Source: an uncultured Thermoplasmata archaeon | GTDB lineage: Archaea > Thermoplasmatota > Thermoplasmata > Halarchaeoplasmatales > Halarchaeoplasmataceae | DNA length: 64,000 nucleotides | Reading direction: 5' to 3' | Assembly: GCA_964486225.1 (NCBI GenBank) | Contig: CAZAMQ010000001.1 | Span: 2,660-66,659 of the forward strand | In this document: positions 25,540 to 36,200 of the stretch, in pieces | Layout of the letters: each line of letters starts with the position of its first letter | How positions within the stretch are numbered: the stretch's first letter is position 1 | Notes under the pieces: model-generated | What the model saw: only the letters and a program-made list of their open reading frames with translations | What the model was told of the DNA's origin: nothing | Databases searched by the model: none | Position numbers and translations under genes: made by a program

Positions 25540-26286
25540 TCACAGCAACTCTATATCGCCGGACGCAACGGTAACAGTTTCGCCATCAATGTCCAGTATC
25601 AGATGCCCAAGGTCGTCGATCCCCTTCACCAGTCCGCTCCTCGTGGAGTCATGTTCGTGTACACGTACCTTCCCGCCCATGATATTACAACTGGCGAGCC
25701 ACAGCTCACGTATATCATCCCAGCAGCCTTTCTTAAGCAGTGCGTACTTATCATCCATGGATTCAAGTATTTCGTCCAGCAGCTCATCGCGGTGGATCTC
25801 AGCGCACATCTCATCCTTCATGCTCACGGCGGTCTCACGTAACTCCGTAGGTATATCGTTGTTCACGTTTATACCTATACCAACCACCACATACTTCAAC
25901 TCACCCGGTACTGCATGGATCTCGGTGAGTATACCGGCTACCTTTTTACCGTCTATCAATACATCATTAGGCCACTTGACATCGGCGCTGATGTCGGTCA
26001 CTCTTTTTATCCCTTCGACCACAGCAACGGATGCGCACATGGTAGCCAGCATTGAATTTTTCGGGTCAAGCTCAGGGTACAATATAATGGAGAACCAGAG
26101 CCCACCCGGAGGCGAGTACCACTCCCTGTTCTTCCTTCCCCTGCCTACCGTCTGGCTCTCGCCAAGTATCACGGTGCCCTCTTCTACCTTATCCTGTGCC
26201 ATCTTCTTCGCCAGCATGTTGGTGGATACTACGGCGCCGTACCGCAGTACCTTTTTACCTATCACCGTATTTTCGGATGTGACCAT
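25540..26286 (-). CDS. birA: Biotin--[acetyl-CoA-carboxylase] ligase (BirA catalytic domain, no HTH).
   Basis: GRGRKNREWYSPPGGLWFSI matches the BPL GRGRxGRxWxSPxGxLxxS motif. Adjacent to biotin-dependent carboxylase genes. Confidence 0.8.
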   Translation of the reverse strand: MVTSENTVIGKKVLRYGAVVSTNMLAKKMAQDKVEEGTVILGESQTVGRGRKNREWYSPPGGLWFSIILYPELDPKNSMLATMCASVAVVEGIKRVTDISADVKWPNDVLIDGKKVAGILTEIHAVPGELKYVVVGIGINVNNDIPTELRETAVSMKDEMCAEIHRDELLDEILESMDDKYALLKKGCWDDIRELWLASCNIMGGKVRVHEHDSTRSGLVKGIDDLGHLILDIDGETVTVASGDIELL

Positions 26287-26361
26287 TCATGATCGATAGG
26301 CATTCAAACAATAAATAATATTGGACCTAGGTAGGAGAAAAACTTTATTTAACCTGCTTCG

Positions 26362-27165
26362 ATGGGTCAATGGAATTGTATGACCTATAATACGTTGGAG
26401 TTAGAGAGGGTTGGAAGTACCCTCTTTATCACACTCGACCGGCCCGAGGTCCACAATGCCATGAACGATGGTATGTTAAATGAACTTGTAAAGTGTTTTG
26501 ATGAGAACAGAGATGACCCTAACATACGTGCAGTCGTGATCACTGGCAGAGGTAGGTCATTCTCCGCAGGTGCGGACCTGAACTGGATGAAGAGTATGGT
26601 GGATTACAGTGAAGAGGATAATATCAAGGACAGCAGTCTGCTGTTAGACCTTTACGACACCATGTATTACTACCCGAAACCACTGATAGCAAAGGTCAAC
26701 GGCCATGCATTCGGAGGTGGTGTGGGACTTATGGCGGTATGTGATATAGTCGCTGCGGTACCGGATGCCAAATTTGCCTTCAGCGAGATCAAACTAGGTA
26801 TTATCCCGTCGGTCATCTCTACCTACGTGGTGAAGCGTATAGGCACGGCCAACATGAAGCGTCTTTTCATAACAGGTGAGAGGTTCGACTCGATCTACGG
26901 GTATGAGATAGGTCTCATTGACATGGTGATGCAGAAGGACGAACTGGACAGCGAGATCCAAAAAACGATCCAACTGTTGGACTCGTCTGCACCGACCGCC
27001 GTTGAAGAGGTAAAGAACCTGATAAGGATGTATAACGAGTTGGAATACGACGAGTATAAGGAATTCACGGTAAAAAAGATAGCACAACTCAGGATATCCA
27101 AGGAAGGGCAGGCAGGGATAAACGCCTTCCTGAAAAAACAAAAACCACCCTGGAGTGATGGATGA
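26362..27165 (+). CDS. Enoyl-CoA hydratase/isomerase (crotonase fold).
   Basis: LDRPEVHNAMN...GRGRSFSAGADL...GHAFGGG matches the crotonase oxyanion-hole motifs. Overlaps the next gene by 4 nt. Confidence 0.8.
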   Translation: MGQWNCMTYNTLELERVGSTLFITLDRPEVHNAMNDGMLNELVKCFDENRDDPNIRAVVITGRGRSFSAGADLNWMKSMVDYSEEDNIKDSSLLLDLYDTMYYYPKPLIAKVNGHAFGGGVGLMAVCDIVAAVPDAKFAFSEIKLGIIPSVISTYVVKRIGTANMKRLFITGERFDSIYGYEIGLIDMVMQKDELDSEIQKTIQLLDSSAPTAVEEVKNLIRMYNELEYDEYKEFTVKKIAQLRISKEGQAGINAFLKKQKPPWSDG

Positions 27166-28661
27166 TGTTTAAAAAGGTGCTCATAGCCAATAGAGGAGAG
27201 ATAGCGGTCAGGGTCATCAAGGCATGTCAGGAGATGGGGATAGCCACGGCAGCGATATACTCGGACGTTGATAAGAATGCGCCCCATGTTCTTAACGCCG
27301 ATGAGACCGCTTGTTTGGGTGACCCTACACCGTCGGAAAGTTATCTCAACATACAGAAGATACTGGATATCGCACAGTCTAAGGGAGCCGATGCTATTCA
27401 CCCGGGCTATGGTTTTCTAGCTGAAAACCCCGACTTCGCTAAGAGTTGTGAAGCTGTTGATATAAAATTCATCGGACCCACTGCAGAGGTTATCGCACTC
27501 ATGGGCAACAAGATAAAGGCCAAGAAAACCATGAAGGATTCCGGCGTACCGGTCATACCGGGATACCACGGCAATGAACAGGACATACCCACACTCACAG
27601 AGAAGGGCAAAAAGATAGGATTCCCACTTATGGTCAAGGCTATCTCAGGCGGCGGCGGTAAGGGGATGAAGATAGTCAGGGAAGAAAGGGAGCTGAAGGA
27701 TGCCATAGAAAGTGCCCAGCGCGAAGCAAAATCCGCCTTCGGTGACGGCTCGGTGTATCTGGAAAGGTATCTCAAAGAGCCCAAACACATAGAATTCCAG
27801 ATATTAGCCGACGAACACGGTAACGTGGTCCATCTAAACGAAAGGGATTGTTCCATACAGCGCAGACACCAGAAGATAATCGAGGAGACACCGTCAACTT
27901 CGCTTACGGACGAACTCCGAAGTGAGATGGGTGAGGCAGCGGTTACAGCGGCTAAAGCCGTCGGCTACACAAATGCGGGAACCGTTGAGTTCATGGTGGA
28001 TTCCGAGCTCAATTATTATTTTCTAGAGATGAACACGAGACTTCAAGTCGAACACCCCATCACCGAGGCGGCAACGGGTCTCGATATAGTCAAGTGGCAG
28101 TTGAAGATAGCCGACGGGTTCGAACTGAGCTTTAAACAAGATGAAGTGATCTCCCACGGACATGCCATGGAGTGCAGGATATATGCTGAGGACCCTGCCA
28201 AGGGTTTCTTACCATGCACGGGTACTTTGAAGAAGATGGACGTACCGGTAGGTCTCAATATCAGGAACGACCTTGGCGTAAACGAAGATATGGATATAAC
28301 ACCCTATTACGACCCTATGCTGGGAAAGTTGATCGTTAAAGGCGAGAACAGGGATGATTGTATAGAAAAGATGAGGTGGGCACTCTCACGATTCATGGTC
28401 ATGGGTATCACTACCAACATCCCCTTCCTTAAAGCGGTAATAGACCACGAGGCCTTCAGACGTGGAGGGATAACCACGCATTTTATCGACAGTTATTTTG
28501 AGAACTGGACCAACATAAAGCAGGAATTACCCACTGATGCCCTTATCGCACTGGCGGTTTACGATGCCATGTACCCCAAGAGAGAGGAAGTGGTGAAGTA
28601 CAAAGAACCGGACCCACACTCACCGTGGAAATCCGCGGGTAGATGGAGGATAGGTGTTTGA
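27162..28661 (+). CDS. accC: Biotin carboxylase subunit of an acyl-CoA (acetyl/propionyl/methylcrotonyl) carboxylase.
   Basis: MFKKVLIANRGEIAVRVI..., ATP-grasp motifs (GGGGKGM), EMNTRLQVEHPITE. Length 499 aa. Confidence 0.85.
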   Translation: MMFKKVLIANRGEIAVRVIKACQEMGIATAAIYSDVDKNAPHVLNADETACLGDPTPSESYLNIQKILDIAQSKGADAIHPGYGFLAENPDFAKSCEAVDIKFIGPTAEVIALMGNKIKAKKTMKDSGVPVIPGYHGNEQDIPTLTEKGKKIGFPLMVKAISGGGGKGMKIVREERELKDAIESAQREAKSAFGDGSVYLERYLKEPKHIEFQILADEHGNVVHLNERDCSIQRRHQKIIEETPSTSLTDELRSEMGEAAVTAAKAVGYTNAGTVEFMVDSELNYYFLEMNTRLQVEHPITEAATGLDIVKWQLKIADGFELSFKQDEVISHGHAMECRIYAEDPAKGFLPCTGTLKKMDVPVGLNIRNDLGVNEDMDITPYYDPMLGKLIVKGENRDDCIEKMRWALSRFMVMGITTNIPFLKAVIDHEAFRRGGITTHFIDSYFENWTNIKQELPTDALIALAVYDAMYPKREEVVKYKEPDPHSPWKSAGRWRIGV

Positions 28662-29166
28662 TATGTTCCTTAAGTACAAGCGTGACGGAAATATTTACAG
28701 GGTGGAAGTGGAGCGTGAAGGTGAGGAATACTACATAACCTACGAGGATAACACGTTCACCGTGACCGCAACCGAGATAGACAAAGGCTACCTTAAGATC
28801 GATCTCGGTGGAAAGGAGATAAAGTGTGTTGTCTCCGAGACCGACGGCAGCAAATACGTCTTCATGAAAGGCCAGGTGTTCGAAGTATCACCGTTGGAGC
28901 TAACCGGTAAAAAGTTCGACAGTAAGAAGGACTACGGTACCAAAGATGATGATTTCAAGTCACCCATCTCGGGTAAAGTGGTCAAAGTTGAAGTAGAGGA
29001 GGGGGACGAGGTGAAAACCGGTGACGTGATGATGGTCATCGAGGCGATGAAGATGGAATATTTGATCAAGGCACCCTATGACGGTGTTGTAGAAACCATC
29101 AACTTTACCCAGGGAGATCGGATCGAGGTAGGGGAGGAAACCCTGGTTTTGTCCAAGGAGGAGTAG
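28654..29166 (+). CDS. accB: Biotin carboxyl carrier protein (biotinyl-lipoyl domain).
   Basis: C-terminal EAMKME biotinylation motif. Overlaps accC by 8 nt. Confidence 0.8.
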   Translation: MFDMFLKYKRDGNIYRVEVEREGEEYYITYEDNTFTVTATEIDKGYLKIDLGGKEIKCVVSETDGSKYVFMKGQVFEVSPLELTGKKFDSKKDYGTKDDDFKSPISGKVVKVEVEEGDEVKTGDVMMVIEAMKMEYLIKAPYDGVVETINFTQGDRIEVGEETLVLSKEE

Positions 29167-29169
29167 AAA

Positions 29170-30777
29170 ATGGAGATAATGGAAAGCGAGATAGATACAT
29201 CGGGAGAAGAGTACAAAAAGAACTACGCAAGATACGAGAGACTGGTTAACGATTTGAAAGAACACATATCTTGGGCTATGAAAGGAGGAGGTGATGAACG
29301 TATCGAATTACACAGATCCAGAGGTAAGATGCTGGCAAGAGAAAGAATCGAAGCGCTCCTGGACTCGGATACACCCTTCATGGAGTTCAATACCTTGGCG
29401 GCTTATGGTCTCTACAATGACAACGCGCCTGCCGCCGGTATAGTAACAGGCATAGGCATAGTTCATGGGAGAGAGGTTGTGGTCGTAGCCAACGATGCTA
29501 CGGTAAAGGGTGGTACGTACTATCCCATGACGGTCAAAAAACATCTACGGGCACAGATGATGGCCCTGGAAAACAACCTGCCGTGTATATATCTAGTGGA
29601 TTCCGGCGGTGCCTTTTTGCCCATGCAGGATGAGGTATTTCCCGACAGAGAACACTTTGGTCGTATATTCTTCAACCAGGCCAGGATGTCCTCCAAAGGG
29701 ATACCACAGATAGCCGTTGTCATGGGTATGTGTACCGCGGGGGGTGCATACGTACCAGCCATGTCCGATGAAGCGGTTATAGTAAAGGGTACAGGTACCA
29801 TCTTCCTAGGTGGGCCGCCGCTTGTAAAGGCGGCGACCGGTGAAGAAGTGAGTGCCGAAGAGCTGGGCGGTGCGGAGGTTCACTGCAGGGAGAGCGGAGT
29901 TGCGGATCACTACGCCGTTGACGACGACCACGCCATCCATATCACAAGAGATATCGTGGAGAATCTGAACAGACCGGAAAAAACCTATCTCGATGTAAGA
30001 AAACCGGAAGAACCGTATTACGATCCAAAGGAGATATACGGTGTGATCTCCGACGATCCCAGGAGGCCTTTTGAGGTCCGTGAAGTGATCGCAAGGATAG
30101 TCGACGGCTCTAGATTCCGGGAGTTCAAGGAGCTATACGGACCCACTTTGGTCTGCGGCTTCGCCAGGATAATGGGTTATCCAGTCGGTATATTGGCCAA
30201 CAACGGAGTACTATTCTCCGAGTCCGCCCTCAAGGGAACACATTTCATAGAACTCTGCTGTCAGCGGCGCATACCGCTTGTATTCCTTCAGAATATCACG
30301 GGGTTCATGGTGGGTAAAAAATACGAAGCCGGCGGCATCGCAAAGAACGGTGCCAAGATGGTAACCGCCGTCACCAACGCACAGGTACCAAAATTCACCG
30401 TGATGATAGGCGGTTCCTTCGGCGCCGGTAACTACGGTATGTGCGGTAGGGCGTACAACCCCAGACAGCTTTGGATGTGGCCCAACGCCAGGATATCCGT
30501 CATGGGTGGAGAACAGGCGGCCAGCGTGCTGCTGACGGTTAAGCGTGACCAGCTATGGCGTAAAGGTAAGGAACTGACGGAAGAGGAAGAGAAGAAGATA
30601 ACAAAACCCATCACCGAAAAGTACGAGGAGGAGGGAAATCCGTATTACAGCACCGCACGGATATGGGATGACGGAGTGATAGATCCTGTGGATACAAGGA
30701 TGGTCCTGGGTCTGGGTATCTCTGCCTCCTTGAATTCGCCCATAACCGAGTGGAAACCCAGTATGTACAGGATGTAA
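29170..30777 (+). CDS. Acyl-CoA carboxylase carboxyltransferase (beta) subunit, of the propionyl/methylcrotonyl-CoA carboxylase beta type.
   Basis: 535 aa with two crotonase-like halves. The RERIEALLD...F.E N-terminal region and internal GG motifs are typical of PccB/MccB/AccD5. Confidence 0.8.
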   Translation: MEIMESEIDTSGEEYKKNYARYERLVNDLKEHISWAMKGGGDERIELHRSRGKMLARERIEALLDSDTPFMEFNTLAAYGLYNDNAPAAGIVTGIGIVHGREVVVVANDATVKGGTYYPMTVKKHLRAQMMALENNLPCIYLVDSGGAFLPMQDEVFPDREHFGRIFFNQARMSSKGIPQIAVVMGMCTAGGAYVPAMSDEAVIVKGTGTIFLGGPPLVKAATGEEVSAEELGGAEVHCRESGVADHYAVDDDHAIHITRDIVENLNRPEKTYLDVRKPEEPYYDPKEIYGVISDDPRRPFEVREVIARIVDGSRFREFKELYGPTLVCGFARIMGYPVGILANNGVLFSESALKGTHFIELCCQRRIPLVFLQNITGFMVGKKYEAGGIAKNGAKMVTAVTNAQVPKFTVMIGGSFGAGNYGMCGRAYNPRQLWMWPNARISVMGGEQAASVLLTVKRDQLWRKGKELTEEEEKKITKPITEKYEEEGNPYYSTARIWDDGVIDPVDTRMVLGLGISASLNSPITEWKPSMYRM

Positions 30778-30790
30778 AAATGATGTATAT

Positions 30791-31255
30791 CTAGGGTGCG
30801 TAGGTTCCCTTGAGAACGGCTTTATCAAGTATGTGGTCCTTTAGCGCGCGTTTCATCTCATCCTTTGCAGCACCTTTCGGTAGTTCAAGTTCCCTATCTA
30901 GAGCATAGAGTTCGAATATGTATGTGTGCTCTCTGTCAGGAGGATTCGGGCCTCCGTAACCCAGCTCGCCGTAGTCGTTTTTCCCTTCAACCGTACCTTC
31001 GGGCTGAACGCCTTCCTTTATCATTTTGATATCAGGAGGTATGTTCCAGATGACCCAATGATCCCAAACTTTACCTGCGGGTTTCATCGCATCAGGGTCG
31101 TCCATTATCAATGCCAATGATATCGTATGGTCAGGTACACCCCTGATCTTCAAAGGCGGGTTGATGTTTTCATTCTTGTATCCGTACTTTCTTGGTATTT
31201 TTTTCCCGTGTTCGAAAACGGGGCTTTCTAACTTTAGTCCGCTCATATTTTTCAC
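30791..31255 (-). CDS. PEBP (YbhB/YbcL, Raf-kinase-inhibitor-like) family protein.
   Basis: DPDAxxP...WxHWxxxNIP...GYxGPxPP...HxYxFxLYAL motifs of the PEBP family. Confidence 0.75.
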   Translation of the reverse strand: MKNMSGLKLESPVFEHGKKIPRKYGYKNENINPPLKIRGVPDHTISLALIMDDPDAMKPAGKVWDHWVIWNIPPDIKMIKEGVQPEGTVEGKNDYGELGYGGPNPPDREHTYIFELYALDRELELPKGAAKDEMKRALKDHILDKAVLKGTYAP

Positions 31256-31277
31256 CTATGTATAAATTTGATCATGT

Positions 31278-32417
31278 TTACAGACCCAAACGTTTGGCGA
31301 TCACCATATGTTGTACTTCAGAGGTCCCTTCGCCGATAGTACATAATTTGACATCTCTGAAGAAACGTTCAACGTGATTCTCTTTGAGGTAGCCTTGGCC
31401 TCCGAGTATCTGTATCGCCTTTCTCGCGGCCCTCACTCCGGTTTCCGATGCAAAGAGTTTTGCCATGGAGGCTTCCTTGCTGAAGAATTCATCGTTATCC
31501 TCCATATACGCAGCGTGATGTACTAGTAATCGGGCGGCATCTATCTCGGCGGCCATATCGGCTATCATGAACTGTATCGCCTGGAATTGAGATAACGGTT
31601 TTCCGAATTGTTCTCTCTCTTTAGCGTAGGCTATGCTTCTATCCAGGGCTCCCTGGGCTATACCTACAGACATTGCACCGATAGCGGCCCTTCCTCTATC
31701 AAGTATGGTCATAGCCCCTGTGAATCCTTCACCGGGGTTACCAAGTATGTTCTCTTCGGGTATCCGGCAGTCCTCGAAGAACATCTCAGTCGTCACCGTT
31801 CCTCGCAGTCCTAGTTTATCCTCTTCCACACCGTACTTCATGCCGGGGTTACCCTTTTCAACTGCAAAGGCGGATATCCCCCTTGCACCCTTGCTCTTAT
31901 CGGTCATGGCCATCACCACCACCACTTCGGCGATGCTGCCGCTGGTGATGAATTGTTTTGTCCCGTTTAGTACCCACTCGTCACCTTCCTTTACGGCGGT
32001 CGTCTGGCAGGCAGCTGCGTCGGAACCAGCGTTAGGTTCCGTGAGTGCCCATGCAGCCAGAGCTTCTCCGGTAGTCAGTTTGGGAAGGTATTTACGTCTC
32101 TGCTCCTCGGTACCTTTCTCATATATGTGGCCTATCCCTAATGAGTTATGCGCCTCGACGGTAAGACCGTGAGAGCCGCATACCCTGGATATCTCCTCAA
32201 GTGCCAGCATGTAACCTATCCTGTCGATACCGGCACCACCGTACTCTTGTGGAACTGTCATGCCCATGAGTCCCAGTTTCCCGGCCTTCTTTATCGTATC
32301 CCATGGAAATTCATGTTCTTTATCAACTTTCAAGGCGATGGGTGCGAGTTCCTTCTCGGCAAAATCCCTTACCACCTTTTTGAAATTTTTCTGTTCATCT
32401 GTGAGGTTGAAGTTCAT
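31278..32417 (-). CDS. Acyl-CoA dehydrogenase (isovaleryl/short-branched-chain type likely).
   Basis: 379 aa. ...YGGAG...TEPNAGSD...QILGGQGY... motifs with a C-terminal catalytic Glu region (IGEGTSEVQ). Confidence 0.85.
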   Translation of the reverse strand: MNFNLTDEQKNFKKVVRDFAEKELAPIALKVDKEHEFPWDTIKKAGKLGLMGMTVPQEYGGAGIDRIGYMLALEEISRVCGSHGLTVEAHNSLGIGHIYEKGTEEQRRKYLPKLTTGEALAAWALTEPNAGSDAAACQTTAVKEGDEWVLNGTKQFITSGSIAEVVVVMAMTDKSKGARGISAFAVEKGNPGMKYGVEEDKLGLRGTVTTEMFFEDCRIPEENILGNPGEGFTGAMTILDRGRAAIGAMSVGIAQGALDRSIAYAKEREQFGKPLSQFQAIQFMIADMAAEIDAARLLVHHAAYMEDNDEFFSKEASMAKLFASETGVRAARKAIQILGGQGYLKENHVERFFRDVKLCTIGEGTSEVQHMVIAKRLGL

Positions 32418-32527
32418 GTTATTTACACCTTTGAATTTGATCCGGAAGTAGGTGCGGGGAGTTTAAAAAATATTCGGTTACAGGTACTTTATAAAAAACT
32501 TCTTATTTCAACGGAGTATTAGAAGGG

Positions 32528-32540
32528 TTTATTATATAAG
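32528..32540 (+). promoter_or_regulatory. Candidate archaeal TATA box (TTTATTATATAAG) for tbp, with a downstream SD-like AAGGAG at 32563-32568.
   Basis: AT-rich TATA-like element 37-49 bp upstream of the tbp ATG (32577). A second TATA-like TTTATAAAAAA lies at 32487-32499. Confidence 0.3.
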
Positions 32541-32576
32541 TGGTTTATCCACCCTTGATACAAAGGAGCGATAACA

Positions 32577-33128
32577 ATGGGTATTGTTAAGATAGAAAAC
32601 GTAGTTGCTACATCGTCCATGGACGCGAAACTTGACCTTGAGGCGATCTCACGGGTACTGGAAGGTTCAGAATACGATCCGGAGATATTTCCGGGTCTGG
32701 TGTATCGAATGACCTCACCGAAAACGTCAATCTTACTCTTTGGTTCAGGCAAGGTCGTATGCACCGGAGGTAAGACAATTGATGATGCTAAGGCGGGGAT
32801 AAACAAGGTGAAGGATCAACTCAATGCAAACGGCATCGATACCGTGGATGAGGTTGAGGTAACGGTTCAAAACCTTGTAGCCACATGCGACATCGGTGCG
32901 ATACTTGACCTGAATATGACCGCCATATCCCTGGGGTTGGAGCGCGTGGAGTACGAACCCGAACAGTTCCCCGGGCTGGTGTACCGTGTAAAGGATTCTT
33001 GTGCTGTCCTATTACTATTTTGCTCGGGTAAGATAGTTTGTACCGGAGGAAAGAACATCGAAGACCTTGAGGAAGCGGTTGAAACCACGAAAAAGGAACT
33101 CAAGATGGCCGGCTTGATACGGCCGTAG
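32577..33128 (+). CDS. tbp: TATA-box binding protein (archaeal TBP, two direct repeats).
   Basis: 183 aa. Duplicated NVVATxxLxxxLDLxxI...EPExFPGLVYR... repeats are unmistakable TBP. Confidence 0.95.
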   Translation: MGIVKIENVVATSSMDAKLDLEAISRVLEGSEYDPEIFPGLVYRMTSPKTSILLFGSGKVVCTGGKTIDDAKAGINKVKDQLNANGIDTVDEVEVTVQNLVATCDIGAILDLNMTAISLGLERVEYEPEQFPGLVYRVKDSCAVLLLFCSGKIVCTGGKNIEDLEEAVETTKKELKMAGLIRP

Positions 33129-33293
33129 GATCGGGCGTCACTCTGATGAGAAAGACTGACCACGTTCGATAGAAAATGTCTTAAGTATATCCGGGAGTGA
33201 GGAAAATTTCGGGTGAGATCGATTATTGAAAACACGAAAGATTAAAATATGTGCAGATCATTCTTTATTGTGAAATAAGAAAAGCGTGATCAT

Positions 33294-36200
33294 ATGAAAA
33301 TAAATAATACGCATAGTAAATATTCTTTTGCCGGAAAGAGAGAAAAATCTATTATGCTGGTGCTCATGATGATCTTAACAGTGTTTATCCCCATGATGTA
33401 CTCGGTAAGTTCTCAACCGGTTGATGGAGGCGCAACAGATTTGACCGTTTATGAGCCAGGGCAAAATAAAGATGGCACAATGGAGGGATTCACGTCTTCT
33501 AATGGTGGAGGAACATTCAACAAGAACAGATTTCAATTAACATCATCTAAAAACTCAGACATAACTCCATTGGATACCGGAGGTCCGGACATATTCGGAT
33601 ATGAATGGGTGGACAGCAATCCACCGGATCCCACTGTCTCTTATACATGGGTCGATGGGATCACCGGCGGAACCGCGACAGGCCTAGGTGACGATGATTG
33701 GATCGGACCTATAAGTATGGGGATGAGTATCGAATATTATGGTATCTACTACGACGAAGTCTACATAATGTCAAACGGATGGATCAGCTTTGTGGACTAT
33801 GATACCTGGTTTCAAACTGACCCCATCCCCGGAGACACTATATATAATGGGATAATTTCGCCATTTTCATGTGATCTCAACCCGGCTTCGGCCGGTGAAG
33901 TTTATTATCGGTTTATATCAGGTACACCAAATCAGTTCGTAGTTACCTATGACGGCGTGCCTTATTACGGCACATCAGATTATCAAACATTCCAGATAGT
34001 CCTGAACGAAACTGGTGATATATGGTTCAACTATCAGGACCTTAACAACCTGGCTTATTACAATGTAGGAATAGAGAATGAGGACAGCACCGATGGCCTG
34101 GATTATGACTCGGAGGCCGAACCGCTGAGTTCGGAGACGTCGATAATGTTCTATTTTAACCCGTTGCCACACCAATGCAGGCTTACACCTGAGATCCAGG
34201 GTTCATACGGTGAACCCGGAACGGAAGTGGACTACACCATGACCGTTATGAACGACGGTTTGGAGGATGATATATACGATCTCTCCGCGGCCGGTAATTC
34301 ATGGGACGTCAATTTTTTCGATATGGGCATGAACCCCATAACAGAGACAAACCTAGTGCCTGCGGGAGACAGTGAAGATTTCATCGCAAGGGTGAGCATA
34401 CCCGGCGGTGCTTTAGAAGGTGACTATGATATCGCTGATATAACGGTTACATCCCAGGGAAATGCCAGTGTGAACGATACGGCACAGGTATGGACACAGG
34501 TTCCAGGAGCCCCCTTTTTACTCGTTGATGACAGCGGAAGTGCTGATTGTTTGCCATGGTTCCACCAAGCTTTTACGGACAACGGTCTGGATTATGATTA
34601 TTGGGATACTCTATGGGGCACACCCACCGCGGGATTTATGGATGATTATGACGTAGTCGTATGGACAACCGGTGATTTCAGCGGAGGTGCTAGTACATCT
34701 GGAAGTGCGGGAGACACGCTCAATATAACCGAGAGAGACGAGATAGAAACATTCCTAAACAACAACGGCAGGTTTTATATGTCCAGCGGAGGCCTTGGTT
34801 GGGACGGAGCATTTAATGGTTGGGCGAATTGGATCCAAGATAATTTTGGTGCTTTTGCTATCCATGGTGATCTATATGATCCGGTTGATATAGTCGGTGT
34901 TCCCGATGACCCTATAGGCGACGGCCTCGATCTTCAAATTCATTCGGGTGATCACTGTCCCGATTTAAGTGGGCTATGGACTCTTAATGATCTAGTGGGT
35001 GAAACAACATGGCCTCCTTTTGAAGCAACAACAGGAGAAGCTATGTCCACAAGGATAGTCAGTTCCAGAGCAGTTTATACCGCTTTCGATCTAGCCGATG
35101 TTAATGGACAGGCAAACAGATCGGAACTGCTGGTAAGGATCCTCGATTGGCTTCTTATGGAATACGATGTTTACCTTTCACCCGATTTCCAAATGAGTGC
35201 CGGTGCGGAAGGAACTGATATCGACCATTTAATAACTGTGAATAATGTAGGCACGGAGGACGATACATACGCCCTCTCGGTATCCGGAAATGCATGGGAT
35301 GTCGACCTCTTCGATATGAGCATGAATCCGATCACGGATATCGGTCCTGTGCCTGCGGGAGACAGTGTAGATTTCATCGCAAGAGTAATTGTAGACGGTG
35401 GTGCATCGCCGGGCGATTTCGATATGGCAGATATCACAGCGACCTCGCAGGGAAATGCGAGTGTGGGTGTTACGGCACAGATACGGACACAGGTTCCGTA
35501 CATGATTCCGTGGTTCGATGACATGGAGAGTGGAGAAGGTGGATGGATACCGGATGACGACGGATCTACACGATGGGAGTTGGGAAACCCTACTGGCTTC
35601 GGACCCGGAAGTGCATATTCACCCGTTAATTGCTGGGGCACGAATCTCATCGAAGACTACGACAACAATGCGGATGTGTCTCTTGTATCCCCGGCCATAG
35701 ATGCCTCGGATTATCCCGGTGGCGCGACATTATCGTTTTGGATGTGGTTCCACTCGGAAAACGGTCTTGACAGCGGATGGGTAGAGGTTTCAACGGACGG
35801 TTCGAACTGGGAAGTTATAACACCCGATGAGGGCCCCGCATATGAATTTACTATGTGGGGGGAAGGATACACGGGCGACCTCGGAGGATGGCACGAAGTA
35901 GAATTCGATCTAGCAGGCTACACCGATGGCATCTTGTGGTTTAGGTTCCGTTTCAGAAGCGATTCTTATGTAACACGCCCGGGTTGGTACATCGATGATG
36001 TAGGTGTAAACCCTCCACCTCCGTATCGATTCGTCCTTGGTCCGGAATCACAGTCAAATTTTGGCGATCCGGGTACGGAAGTTGACCATGTATTAACCGT
36101 GACGAACACGGGCATGGAGGTTGATACATATGATCTCTCCGTAACCAACAGTACCTGGACGGTCGATTTTTATGACACGAGTATGGATCCCATAACAAAT

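Noticed and set aside
25589-26299. Long antisense ORFs in the GC-rich half (for example 25589-26299 +, 31633-32172 +, 53069-53860 -, 54056-54793 -, 35171-35650 -)
   Set aside because: Each lies opposite a strongly supported CDS (birA, acyl-CoA dehydrogenase, HhH/TPR protein, surface protein). Translations are Ser/Pro/Arg-rich low-complexity, typical of shadow frames in ~50 % GC DNA.
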